Of a DNA stretch of 64,000 nt, positions 29,251 through 38,437 are shown one piece after another. Origin of the DNA: Minisyncoccota bacterium (GTDB taxonomy: Bacteria > Patescibacteriota > Minisyncoccia > Phycocordibacterales > CSBR16-193); contig JBBDRA010000003.1 in NCBI GenBank assembly GCA_040905715.1, forward strand, positions 135,075 through 199,074, given 5' to 3'. A program made the position numbers and the translations under genes. The notes beneath the pieces are model-generated. The model was not told the DNA's origin, did not search any database, and was given only the letters and a program-made list of their open reading frames with translations. Each line of letters starts with the position of its first letter. Position 1 is the first letter of the stretch.

Positions 29251-30723
29251 ATGAATTTAACAAAAACAGACTTTAAAGAATACTTAATTTGCCCCAAATG
29301 GTTATGGGTAAAGAAAAAGAAACCTGAACTTGCAGTTGAGGGTGAGATGTCGCTATTCCTGAAGAAACTTATTAAAGATGGATATGAGGTTGAGGAATTC
29401 GCTCAGCAGATGTTTCCAAGTGGTGTTGAGATAACTGGCAACTCAGGTGTACTGAAAGAAAAAACTCAGGAATATCTAGAAAAAAATCAAACAATGTTTC
29501 AAGCGACTTTTGAGACAGACAGAGGCTTGTTTGCAAAGGCAGACGTTCTCGAATTTGATGAAGAAAGTGGTAAGTGGAATATCTATGAAATTAAGGCAAG
29601 TTCTTCAATCAAGACCGATCTTCAACATAATCATCTAAAAGATATTACATTTCAAACAATCGTCGCCGAAGAATCAGGGATTCCTATAAATAAAAGTTTT
29701 ATCATCCATATCAATAAGGAATACAAACGAGAGGGTGAAATAAACCCAAGAGAATTATTTGTTATAGAAGACGTCTCTAAAGATGTCCAAGAAGGTAAAG
29801 AAAAAGTAAACCAAGAAATTGAGACTGCTTTAGATTTTTTAAGTAAAGATAAAATCTCAATGGAAGGTTGTGAGTGTTTATACAAATCACACGGACAAAG
29901 ATGTGATTCATTCACAGTCTTTAACCCTAAGGTGCCTGAATATTCAGTTCATCATATCGTTGGTGGAAAGAAACTCCTCTCACTTATTGAAACTGATGTA
30001 TTTGATGTGAAAGAGATTCCAGAAGATTTTAATCTTACCGATAAGCAACAAGAAAAAGTCACACTCCAAAAAACCGGTAAGCCAATAATCGATGAAGAGT
30101 CAATCAGAGAAACGCTTTCTAATTTAACTTTCCCTCTGTATTTCTTAGATTATGAGACTTTTGGTAAGCCATATCCAATACTTGATGGATACACCTCAAA
30201 TCAGCAGATTGTATTTCAATACTCACTACATATTCTAAAGGAAGATGGTTCTTTAGAGCATCGTGAGTATTTAGCTGATGATTTTGAGAATGCCACAAAA
30301 GGACTCCTTGATCATATGAATGAGCATATTGGCCCTACAGGAACTGTTGTCGTCTGGTATGAATCATTTGAAAAAGGAAGAAATAGGGAGCTTGCTGAAA
30401 TACATTCAGAATATGCTGACTTTCTGCACAATATAAACAGCCGAATCTACGATCTAATGCTTATATTTAAAAAAGATTACCTACACCCTGATTTTTATGG
30501 GAGTGCCTCTATCAAAAAAGTGCTTCCTGTAATGCTTCCAGAATTATCCTACAAGAACTTAGAAGTTCAAGACGGAACAATGGCTATGAGCGAATGGGAG
30601 AAGATAGCTACTGGAAAAATTACAGGTGAAGAGGCAGAAGAATTACGAAAACATCTACTGGAATACTGTGAACGAGATACGTTTGCGATGGTTGAGTTGT
30701 TTAAGAAGCTACAACAATTATAA
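29251..30723 (+). CDS. DUF2779-like protein (PD-(D/E)XK nuclease plus RNase H-like domain)
   Basis: CPK.LW, A.AD.L...IYEIKAS, FLDYET, FQYSLH, SFEK, GS.SIK.VLP and LLEYC..DT motifs. Confidence 0.8.
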   Translation: MNLTKTDFKEYLICPKWLWVKKKKPELAVEGEMSLFLKKLIKDGYEVEEFAQQMFPSGVEITGNSGVLKEKTQEYLEKNQTMFQATFETDRGLFAKADVLEFDEESGKWNIYEIKASSSIKTDLQHNHLKDITFQTIVAEESGIPINKSFIIHINKEYKREGEINPRELFVIEDVSKDVQEGKEKVNQEIETALDFLSKDKISMEGCECLYKSHGQRCDSFTVFNPKVPEYSVHHIVGGKKLLSLIETDVFDVKEIPEDFNLTDKQQEKVTLQKTGKPIIDEESIRETLSNLTFPLYFLDYETFGKPYPILDGYTSNQQIVFQYSLHILKEDGSLEHREYLADDFENATKGLLDHMNEHIGPTGTVVVWYESFEKGRNRELAEIHSEYADFLHNINSRIYDLMLIFKKDYLHPDFYGSASIKKVLPVMLPELSYKNLEVQDGTMAMSEWEKIATGKITGEEAEELRKHLLEYCERDTFAMVELFKKLQQL

Positions 30724-30762
30724 ATATGATGCATGTTATTGAACTTATAAATTATCTTACAG

Positions 30763-31605
30763 ATGTTTTCAAAGTTAATTTTTTTAAAAGACAAACTGTT
30801 TCTTAAAATAAGAAACAAAAAGGATGTAAGACTATACACCTTCAAATCAAAACTACTGCTATATGGAAAAAGAAATTTTAAGCAATATTTCACGATAGCA
30901 AGAGACGGAACTGTGACAGAGAGGATTCTTTTGAATGTACCTGATGTTTCATTAAGAGAAGAAATTATTTGTAAACACTACCTTTCTTTTTTAGTTAAAA
31001 ACTTAATAAAGGAACCTATCGGTATCAACTTGCTAAAAAGGGATCAGCCATGGGATTTTAGTGTTGAGCTCAGTAATGGTGATAAGTTTAATATAGAAAT
31101 CACATCAATCGCTGAAAACAAGGAGTTGTTTGAGAAATTAAAACGTGAAGAGGAGTTTGAAAAAATAGTCGCGAGAAAAAATATTTTATTGCGCGAACTC
31201 AAAAAAATCCATTTCTGGTTTCGTAACAAAAAGGCAAAACAGACCATCAATGATGCTGAAGAAAATTTTTTAAATAAAAACGATAAAGTATTGAATCCTT
31301 TTTACAATTATCCAAGCAGGATTTTCTATAGTAGTTACATAAAGAATGAGGGGGACTCTCTGAAAGATTTGATATCAGGAGCAATTAAAAGAAAGGTGTC
31401 CAAGTCTCATTTAGATAAAGATAAAACTATTTTAATAATTGATAACCGAACTATCCAATTCGGCCTGGAAGACATTTTTTGGGTAATTAAGGAGTTAGAA
31501 GTTGAGTGTGCACACATTCCTTTTCCTGAGATTTATTTCTACACAGGCCACTACTCAGATGACGATGGGAATAATGCTAGGTATTCATTCGTACCCCTTA
31601 AGTAA
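30763..31605 (+). CDS. hypothetical protein, possible restriction-endonuclease fold
   Basis: PWDF..EL...F.IEITS resembles a PD-(D/E)XK variant; start codon uncertain. Confidence 0.55.
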   Translation: MFSKLIFLKDKLFLKIRNKKDVRLYTFKSKLLLYGKRNFKQYFTIARDGTVTERILLNVPDVSLREEIICKHYLSFLVKNLIKEPIGINLLKRDQPWDFSVELSNGDKFNIEITSIAENKELFEKLKREEEFEKIVARKNILLRELKKIHFWFRNKKAKQTINDAEENFLNKNDKVLNPFYNYPSRIFYSSYIKNEGDSLKDLISGAIKRKVSKSHLDKDKTILIIDNRTIQFGLEDIFWVIKELEVECAHIPFPEIYFYTGHYSDDDGNNARYSFVPLK

Positions 31606-31663
31606 CCAGAAAAACATTAAAAACATGCTCACGTCCCTCAGCTATCGAGTTTTCTGAGGGGGG

Positions 31664-32278
31664 TTACCGTTTATTTCTCCTTATCTTTTTTCTATCAAGA
31701 AGTTTCTGAAGATTATCCGCCACCTCTTTAGCTCCGTCTATTTTCAATTTATCTTTTACATCATAAAACTGATCAAAGAAATCATTTATAATATGACGCA
31801 CCTCCTCGCTAGTTCGTTCTTTGGTTCCAAGTTCTTTAATTCTTTTCGATAGCTCGTGAACCAAATCTTCTTTACTTATTTTCTGTTTTTTTCTGCCTCT
31901 ATACTTTTCTATATTGGGTTCTTTATAACCACAAACCCGACATGTTTCTCCAGATTCAAGTTTGTGTGGATGAGTAACTGGATCGACATAAGTTGTACGA
32001 ACTGGTTTGTATCTCGGATTGTTGTATTGAAGCCAGAATATAATAAGGCGAGCATTTTCGTTTTTGATGCCTTTAATAACCGCTGACTCAGCCATGTCAT
32101 TTATGTTCTGCCGACCTATTTCCAATATCGCATCAGTCTGATCACGAAAGTCTTTATCATCCTTACGCCATCTGTAGTAGGTGGTTCGATCAAGGCCGAT
32201 TTTCTTACAGGCAAAAGACACAATTGGTGTCTCTGCCAATATTTGTAATAGTTTCGATTTATCACCCAACCTAGCCAT
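31664..32278 (-). CDS. HTH protein (phBC6A51/terminase-small-subunit-like N-terminus)
   Basis: P.VS.AC.KIG..R.TYYRW.K.D..F...D.AES...I.......IFWL. Confidence 0.7.
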   Translation of the reverse strand: MARLGDKSKLLQILAETPIVSFACKKIGLDRTTYYRWRKDDKDFRDQTDAILEIGRQNINDMAESAVIKGIKNENARLIIFWLQYNNPRYKPVRTTYVDPVTHPHKLESGETCRVCGYKEPNIEKYRGRKKQKISKEDLVHELSKRIKELGTKERTSEEVRHIINDFFDQFYDVKDKLKIDGAKEVADNLQKLLDRKKIRRNKR

Positions 32279-33587
32279 TAATCTTTACCCGTTTCTTACC
32301 CGTATATTTCTCCCATCTATTCAAGATCACTTCCGTATAGACATTCGATTTTTCCATGAGGAAACAACGCCTATTTAACCTATTGGCTGCGATTAAGGTA
32401 GATCCGCTTCCACCAAACGGTTCATACACCAATTCGTCTCTTTTCGTTAGTATCTTTATATACGGAATCAGTATTTCTACAGGTTTCGTGCCAAAGATAA
32501 TTCCCTGACCGCTAGATTTTTCATCCGCCGCATTATGTTCAATAAAGTCAGTTGGGCAGTACTTTTTGTTTTTTCCATATGACTCCCAGTGTGGTTTGCC
32601 GGATATAGCAAACAGAGCGGTTTCGTATTCATTTTCAACAAGTTCCCCCTCTTGTTCTAAATTAACCTCTTTGTTATCCGTACCAACCATAGCAATGTCA
32701 TACTTTGAAAAGAGTTTGTGCTTTCCGGCATACCCTTGATTTCTGTTGGGGAGATGCCAGATAAGCATATTCCTGACTTTCCAGTATTTCTCCATCTCAT
32801 TCCAGATCGTCCTGATATTTTTCCAGTTTTCATAGACAATGATAGCGAAATGCTCGTCTTGTATTTTATTCACATTCGCCATCCACTTTTCGGTAAAGTC
32901 TTCGGGGATAGATTCGGTTTCTAAGTACCTTCTGTTTTTCTTGGCTCCAAAGCCGGTGGTTGCTTCACCGTGTTTAGTCTTGCCGTGTAGGTAATCTAAA
33001 ATATATGGAGGGTCCGTCATAACCATCTGGGCTTTTTCTTTACCAAACAGTTTTGTGACATCTGCCTCTGTTGTGCTATCACCACACATTAAGCGTGACC
33101 CATCGAGATCATAGATATCTCCCTTTTTGACAGTGACTTCTTTGATATCCAGTTTTTCTAGTTCTTTTTGGAGATCAAAAAGTTCTTCTTCGTGATCTTC
33201 GTCGAAAATAATATCTAGTTCTTCGGAATCAAATCCGATGTCAGCTAGAATGGTTTCATCGAATTCTGCCAAAAGGTCATAATTAAATTCTCCTTGATTT
33301 TTGTTTAAACGAAGATTTAATTCTTTTTCTTTTTCCTCGGTTAGATCAAGAAAAACCACAGGAATAGTTGTGTGACCAAGCTCCTTACACACCTCGAGTC
33401 GAAAGTGGCCACCAATAACGACATTGGTTCTCTCTTTATTTTTATTAACAATCAACGGATCAATTGTGCCAAAACGATTGATACTCTCTTTTAATTGTTT
33501 TTTCTGAAATTCATCCCATGTACGAGGATTATATTCAGAAGCGTGAAGTAGATTTATATCTACATATTCTATTTTGATGTTGCTCAT
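32271..33587 (-). CDS. ParB/Srx-domain fused DNA methyltransferase
   Basis: N-terminal YNPR...SI..FG.IDP..VIGGH.R; LMCGDST, TDPPY, TKP and EPFGGSGSTLIAA motifs. Confidence 0.88.
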   Translation of the reverse strand: MSNIKIEYVDINLLHASEYNPRTWDEFQKKQLKESINRFGTIDPLIVNKNKERTNVVIGGHFRLEVCKELGHTTIPVVFLDLTEEKEKELNLRLNKNQGEFNYDLLAEFDETILADIGFDSEELDIIFDEDHEEELFDLQKELEKLDIKEVTVKKGDIYDLDGSRLMCGDSTTEADVTKLFGKEKAQMVMTDPPYILDYLHGKTKHGEATTGFGAKKNRRYLETESIPEDFTEKWMANVNKIQDEHFAIIVYENWKNIRTIWNEMEKYWKVRNMLIWHLPNRNQGYAGKHKLFSKYDIAMVGTDNKEVNLEQEGELVENEYETALFAISGKPHWESYGKNKKYCPTDFIEHNAADEKSSGQGIIFGTKPVEILIPYIKILTKRDELVYEPFGGSGSTLIAANRLNRRCFLMEKSNVYTEVILNRWEKYTGKKRVKING

Positions 33588-33677
33588 AATAACTTAATAA
33601 TTAAACTAATAAACCGTAGCTTTTTGCTACGGTCTTATTTAATCATTAAAAATTTTTGGATTTCATAAAAAAGTACC

Positions 33678-34388
33678 TCACTTTTTTATGAACTTTTTAA
33701 ATACCCGATCCCTTATCTTTTTTATTTGGTCGGATATATTATATATCTCTGACTTACTCGGTCTTTTTCCAGTCTTATCTTCTATAAAGTCTGCTATATC
33801 CTCTGATGTTCTGGTGATATATTCTTGGTCTCCATAGTCAAAATAAATTCTTTTGTTTTCCCATTGATCTTTGATTGCGAGTTTTCTATCTAAATCTTTT
33901 ATTTTCTTGTTAGAAAAAAGTCTCTTACCAAAAAACTTATTTGTAAACTCTTTTATAGTTAACCAATCTTTGTCAGTTAATTTATTATTTATAGTAAGTT
34001 GTACCGCTCTATTTCCAACAGTTGGTTTGATAGAAAAAGGTAACCCTGGAAGTTTTTTAATTTCACCAGTTATTATGTATTGTCTTATCGTCTCAAACCA
34101 GTTATCAGGATAATTAAAGTCCTTAATTATCTCTTGGATACTTGCAGTAAAATAGTTTATGAGTTCCTCCGCATTTTCCTTATGTAGTAATTTATTAAAC
34201 CAAGCCTCAATTGATTGATCCTCATCTTTAGATTCGCTATCTCCATAAAGGCCTTCAGGGATTTCTAAATAGGATCGAATTTCTTGAATTCTTTTTCCAA
34301 ATTCTGGATCACTAAAAGCCAATCGTATATTGTCTTTGTTTCTAGAGCCGTATTCACTTATTTTCCGTTTTAAACCCTTATCTTTCAT
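33678..34388 (-). CDS. hypothetical protein
   Basis: 236-aa ORF with a possible C-terminal helical DNA-binding segment; first gene of the minus-strand backbone block. Confidence 0.65.
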   Translation of the reverse strand: MKDKGLKRKISEYGSRNKDNIRLAFSDPEFGKRIQEIRSYLEIPEGLYGDSESKDEDQSIEAWFNKLLHKENAEELINYFTASIQEIIKDFNYPDNWFETIRQYIITGEIKKLPGLPFSIKPTVGNRAVQLTINNKLTDKDWLTIKEFTNKFFGKRLFSNKKIKDLDRKLAIKDQWENKRIYFDYGDQEYITRTSEDIADFIEDKTGKRPSKSEIYNISDQIKKIRDRVFKKFIKK

Positions 34389-34590
34389 TGTTTTGATGAT
34401 AGTTTGTTTGTATTATGAAAGCAACAGTTATATGCTCCCTCGTGTAGTATTTGTTGCATTTTTTACAAGTTACAGCCCGACCCGACCTCCTCAAAATCCG
34501 CTATACTAAAACCACCAAGAAACCCTTGTGGGGCTTGAAATAATTTATTACTTAACCCGAACTGCCCGCCGAAGAGTTTTGCGATGAGGT

Positions 34591-34750
34591 GGAGAGGGCG
34601 AGCGCAGTATTTTTGAAAAAAATACGTCGCGCGGACTCGAAAAGGTTCTTTAGATATTTTGTGAGCTTGCCTGCTGGCAGGCAGGGAACGAGACAAAATA
34701 TCAAAAACCTGTACTGATCCTGTAAGGATCGAGTCCCGCCGCCTCCGCAG
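34591..34750 (+). repeat. tRNA-Ser mirror element (antisense 3'-end copy with hairpin insert, core, sense 3'-end copy)
   Basis: ggagagggcg-A[gcgcagtattttt gaa aaaaatacgtcgc]GC-ggactcgaa ... tcgagtcccgccgcctccgcag. Confidence 0.75.
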
Positions 34751-34899
34751 ATTTGAGTGTAGCAAAAAGCTGCGGAGGAGAGCAGGGTGTTTTTAAGCGT
34801 TTAGGTGGATTTGAGAGAGTCTGACTTGCACAACATTTGTTTAAGCTGGGTACGTACTTTATTGCGGTTCCTGCGGAATATTTGTATAGTGTTGTTACT

Positions 34900-35730
34900 A
34901 TGACAAATAAACAAAACAATGTTAATATCTCACCGCGTAAGAGTAAGAAAGTTGTTGCTATAAGTTTTCTTTTCTCAGTCTTTCTGGCTGTGTTATCAAT
35001 TTTTATATCAAATCTTATTATTACACCAAGTCCTTGGGGACCGGTGTATTTTTTTTGGGGTTTTGAAATAGCTAAAATTTTTAGTGCGAGTGTGCTTTTT
35101 ACATTTATAGCATCAGTGCCGTTCATTATTCTAAATTTTTTTGCTGTATTTATTTTTAGAAAACACAGAAGTATTAGGGTTGGATTATTACTGGGTTATT
35201 TGAGTATAATATTAATCTATTTAGTATCATTAGCGCTTTATGGATCTATCCCTTCACTGAATACTATAAATCAAGTTGGTCCGGAAGATGCAAGTCAATG
35301 TGCAGAAATGCAAGTTACTAATAGTACAGAAGGTGCGTTAAGAAACTATTGTTATATAGAAGTTGCTGAAGAGACCTTGAACATTGATTTGTGTGATGAT
35401 CTTGTGAGTGAATATGTAGCCGGAGATATACAATCATGTAAAGATAATATAAATCTTAAGCTTGCATTGGAAAACCTGGATGCTAATTATTGTGAAAATA
35501 TAGTTTACAGCAATAATCGTAATACCTGTAACCTATCTATGTCATTACAAACTGAAAATTATAGTCTTTGCACTAAAATTATTGAGGGAGGCGTCCTTGA
35601 TACTGAGATGTGCTACATGAGGTTCATCAAGCAATATAACTCAGAGGAGATAAGAAACGAACTTTGTCCACTAATAAAAAACCACAGGGATAATGTGAAT
35701 AATCCTTGTAATAAACCCATACCTGAGTAG
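34900..35730 (+). CDS. membrane protein with a Cys-rich extracellular C-terminal repeat region
   Basis: ATG at 34900; 3 TMs, then a repeated C-x(9-13)-C pattern. Confidence 0.75.
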   Translation: MTNKQNNVNISPRKSKKVVAISFLFSVFLAVLSIFISNLIITPSPWGPVYFFWGFEIAKIFSASVLFTFIASVPFIILNFFAVFIFRKHRSIRVGLLLGYLSIILIYLVSLALYGSIPSLNTINQVGPEDASQCAEMQVTNSTEGALRNYCYIEVAEETLNIDLCDDLVSEYVAGDIQSCKDNINLKLALENLDANYCENIVYSNNRNTCNLSMSLQTENYSLCTKIIEGGVLDTEMCYMRFIKQYNSEEIRNELCPLIKNHRDNVNNPCNKPIPE

Positions 35731-35802
35731 TTTGTTTAACATTTAGTCAGTAAGTTTCAACCTTGCGGTTTGGGACATTTGGCATAATTATTTTTGCTTT
35801 AA

Positions 35803-35834
35803 CAAACCCTCGTGAATTATTTCACGAGGGTTTG
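35803..35834. terminator. bidirectional terminator
   Basis: caaaccctcgtgaa-ttat-ttcacgagggtttg. Confidence 0.8.
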
Positions 35835-35877
35835 CTTAAATTCTATAAGCCGTAAGCTGCAACCTATAAGCTAATCT

Positions 35878-36801
35878 TTACACAAACAACTCCTTATAAA
35901 TATCTTCCAACGCTCGGACACCGTCACCGGCAGCAATGTTATTCTGGTGATAAAGCACGTTCGTGCAATCTCCGGCAGCCCAAATACCATCATCAGTTGC
36001 TTTCTGGGTCCATGGGTCGATCTTGATCTGCTTAAAGTCATTCAGTTCAACAATGTTCTCAACGAAAGAAGTATTCGGTACGAGCCCGATCTCAACAAAC
36101 ACACCGGTTGCTGCAAGCTCGTGTGTTTCTTCGGTTGCGAGGTCTTTGTAAACAATTGCTTCTACCATCGCATCGCCTTTGATCTCGATCGGCTCGGCGT
36201 TAGTGATACCGGTGAACTTCTCGTTCTTTTGGAGTTTTTCGACGGTGATCGGGTCACCTTTGAATTCTTCACCTCGGTGAAGAAGAGTAACGCTTTTGGT
36301 GTATGCAACAAGTTGCATGGCGGTTTCAAGGCCTGCGTTACCACCACCGACCACAACAACATCCTGATCAGCAAACATCGGCCCGTCGCAAGATGCGCAG
36401 TATGTTACTCCTTTGTTGTCAAACTTTTCTGCTCCGGGGATCTTAAGCTTGCGCCGGTGGCTACCGGTACCTACGAGAACCGCCTTGCTCTCTATCTCTG
36501 TGCTGTTCTCAGAGATGGTCTTGAAGTGAAACGGTTCGATTTTTTCGATCATTTTGACGCGTTCTCCTTTGAACACAGTCAAGATGTTTTCGGCGTATGC
36601 ATTAAGGTGTTCCTCGAGTTGTTTTGCAAGGTCGTGTCCGGAGATCGAAGGAGTTCCGATCCAGTTCTGAATATCAGTTGAGACTTCACTTTGTCCTCCG
36701 AACGTATCGGTGACAAATGCGGTTTTAAGTCGTTTACGGGAAGCGTATACCCCTGCTGCTACTCCTGCAGGACCGCCACCTATGATCGTTAGGTCGTACA
36801 T
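35878..36801 (-). CDS. trxB: thioredoxin-disulfide reductase (TrxB/AhpF C-terminal type)
   Basis: GGGPAG, CASC redox motif, VGGGN, AAGD. Confidence 0.88.
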   Translation of the reverse strand: MYDLTIIGGGPAGVAAGVYASRKRLKTAFVTDTFGGQSEVSTDIQNWIGTPSISGHDLAKQLEEHLNAYAENILTVFKGERVKMIEKIEPFHFKTISENSTEIESKAVLVGTGSHRRKLKIPGAEKFDNKGVTYCASCDGPMFADQDVVVVGGGNAGLETAMQLVAYTKSVTLLHRGEEFKGDPITVEKLQKNEKFTGITNAEPIEIKGDAMVEAIVYKDLATEETHELAATGVFVEIGLVPNTSFVENIVELNDFKQIKIDPWTQKATDDGIWAAGDCTNVLYHQNNIAAGDGVRALEDIYKELFV

Positions 36802-36861
36802 AATTGATTCAGTCTTATTTTATCCGTTCTCATCTCAGTTTTTATCGTTGCATTGTACCAA

Positions 36862-36944
36862 GTATTCAGTATGCCGTATACCGTATTCAGTGATCGCTCT
36901 GCGGCGGAGCCGCAGAGCGATACAGGATACTCGATACTGAATAC
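36862..36944. repeat. GC hairpin flanked by inverted 7-nt periodic repeats
   Basis: gtattca gtatgcc gtatacc gtattca, then atcgctctgcggc-gga-gccgcagagcgat, then tacagga tactcga tactgaa tac. Confidence 0.7.
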
Positions 36945-36950
36945 AGAAGG

Positions 36951-38192
36951 CTATTTCAATTTGGATCGTCGTAGAAATGCCGGTACTGCGCCCCAGTCGT
37001 CATCGTCATCATCGTCCTCCTCAATATCAACTTTCTTCGGAGTTTCCGCTGGCTGACTTTTTGGCTCTGCCTGTTGTTTCGAACCTGTAAAGGTATTAAA
37101 GATACGTCCTGACGTTGAGGGTTCTTCGCGTTCCTGTTGAATGGGTTGTGTCTGCTGCGTCGCCTGTTGCTGAGGCGGCGTCATGTTCTCGGGGATACCG
37201 CTTCCGGCAATCGGCCCGCCGCTCTGCACGCTTTTCTCAGGGAAGCCACTAGCAATAACCGTGATCTTGATCTCGTCCTTGCGCAGCTTGTCGCTGTTTA
37301 CTGTACCAAAGATGATCTTGGCGTTCTGGTCAACTGATTCAGTGATCGTTTTAGCTGCTTCCTGGATCTCGAACATGGTTACGTCAGCACCGCCGGCGAT
37401 AGAGAAGAGTACACCTTGTGCGCCGTCAATAGAAAGCTCGAGAAGAGGGGAGTTGATCGCCGCCTTCGCTGCCTCAACAGCTCGATTTTCACCACTTGCT
37501 GTACCGACACCCATAAGTGCGTGTCCGGCGTTTTCCATGATAGATCGAATATCAGCAAAATCGATGTTAGCTACTTCACCCGGTGTGGTGATAAGGTCGG
37601 AGATACCTTCAACAGCTTGGCGTAACACTTCATCACACATGGCAAACGCGTCTCTCGCACGTGTTTCTTTGTCGATCGAAGCGAGAAGTTGATCGTTCGG
37701 GATGATGATGATCGCGTCAACACTCTTGCGGAGTTCCGAGAGTGCATTATCTGCTATTTCTCGTCGGCGCTGACCTTCAAAAAAGAATGGCTTGGTTACC
37801 ACACCTACCGTGAGCGCCCCTTGCTCTTTAGCTGCTCGGGCAACAATAGGAGCCGCGCCGGAGTAGGTCCCGCCACCAACACCACCGGCTACAAAAACCA
37901 TATCCGACCCCTTTATGCTTTCCTGGATCTCCTCAGTGGTTTCTTCGGCAGCCTTGCGTCCCATTTCCGGGTTCATTCCGGCACCGAGCCCGCGGGTTAT
38001 GTTCTTTCCAATGTGGATCTTTTTCTTCGCTAGTGAATGGTGGAGGTCTTGAGAATCAGTGTTGATAGCAACAAATTCCACTCCTTTTACTTTGGAGTTG
38101 ATCATGTGGTCAACCGCATGCCTTCCTGAGCCACCGACTCCGAGGACTTTGATGCGTGCAAACGCTTCAACTTCTGGTTTCACTTGTGGCAT
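36951..38192 (-). CDS. ftsZ: cell division protein FtsZ
   Basis: GVGGSG, GLGAG.NP, GGVGGGTYSG tubulin motif, NIDFAD and C-terminal VPAFLRR. Confidence 0.98.
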   Translation of the reverse strand: MPQVKPEVEAFARIKVLGVGGSGRHAVDHMINSKVKGVEFVAINTDSQDLHHSLAKKKIHIGKNITRGLGAGMNPEMGRKAAEETTEEIQESIKGSDMVFVAGGVGGGTYSGAAPIVARAAKEQGALTVGVVTKPFFFEGQRRREIADNALSELRKSVDAIIIIPNDQLLASIDKETRARDAFAMCDEVLRQAVEGISDLITTPGEVANIDFADIRSIMENAGHALMGVGTASGENRAVEAAKAAINSPLLELSIDGAQGVLFSIAGGADVTMFEIQEAAKTITESVDQNAKIIFGTVNSDKLRKDEIKITVIASGFPEKSVQSGGPIAGSGIPENMTPPQQQATQQTQPIQQEREEPSTSGRIFNTFTGSKQQAEPKSQPAETPKKVDIEEDDDDDDDWGAVPAFLRRSKLK

Positions 38193-38437
38193 AAATGAAT
38201 TTCAGCTTATTTCTTGCCTTTGGTCACGAACATACACGCTGCCAAGTTTTATTGCAGTTGTACCGGCAAAAGACGTTTTTGCCTTACAGCTGCATTCAGA
38301 GCAGTTTTGTGCTATGTCTACTGGTCGGTAAGCCCGGTTGCAAACATAGAATGCATAATTTCGTGAGTCAAAGATTACGTTGAAAACATCATATCATACT
38401 TTACAGGGATGCAAAGCCACCCTGTACGCTTTATTTG

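Larger units (their letters stand above)
11882..34750. mobile_element. tRNA-Ser-anchored genomic island (~22.9 kb) with a large serine recombinase
   Basis: Visibly AT-richer than the flanks; tRNA-Ser 3' end tcgagtcccgccctctccgcag recurs as tcgagtcccgccgcctccgcag at 34729-34750; contains recombinase, excisionase-like HTH, RM, Zorya and a ParB-methylase. Confidence 0.8.

Noticed and set aside
21121-34388. Intact prophage or conjugative ICE
   Set aside because: No capsid, portal, large terminase, tail, relaxase or VirB4/VirD4 genes were recognised
35947-36681. 244-aa plus-strand ORF and similar antisense ORFs (4466..4885, 60571..61152, 37183..37692)
   Set aside because: Shadows of well-supported genes on the opposite strand
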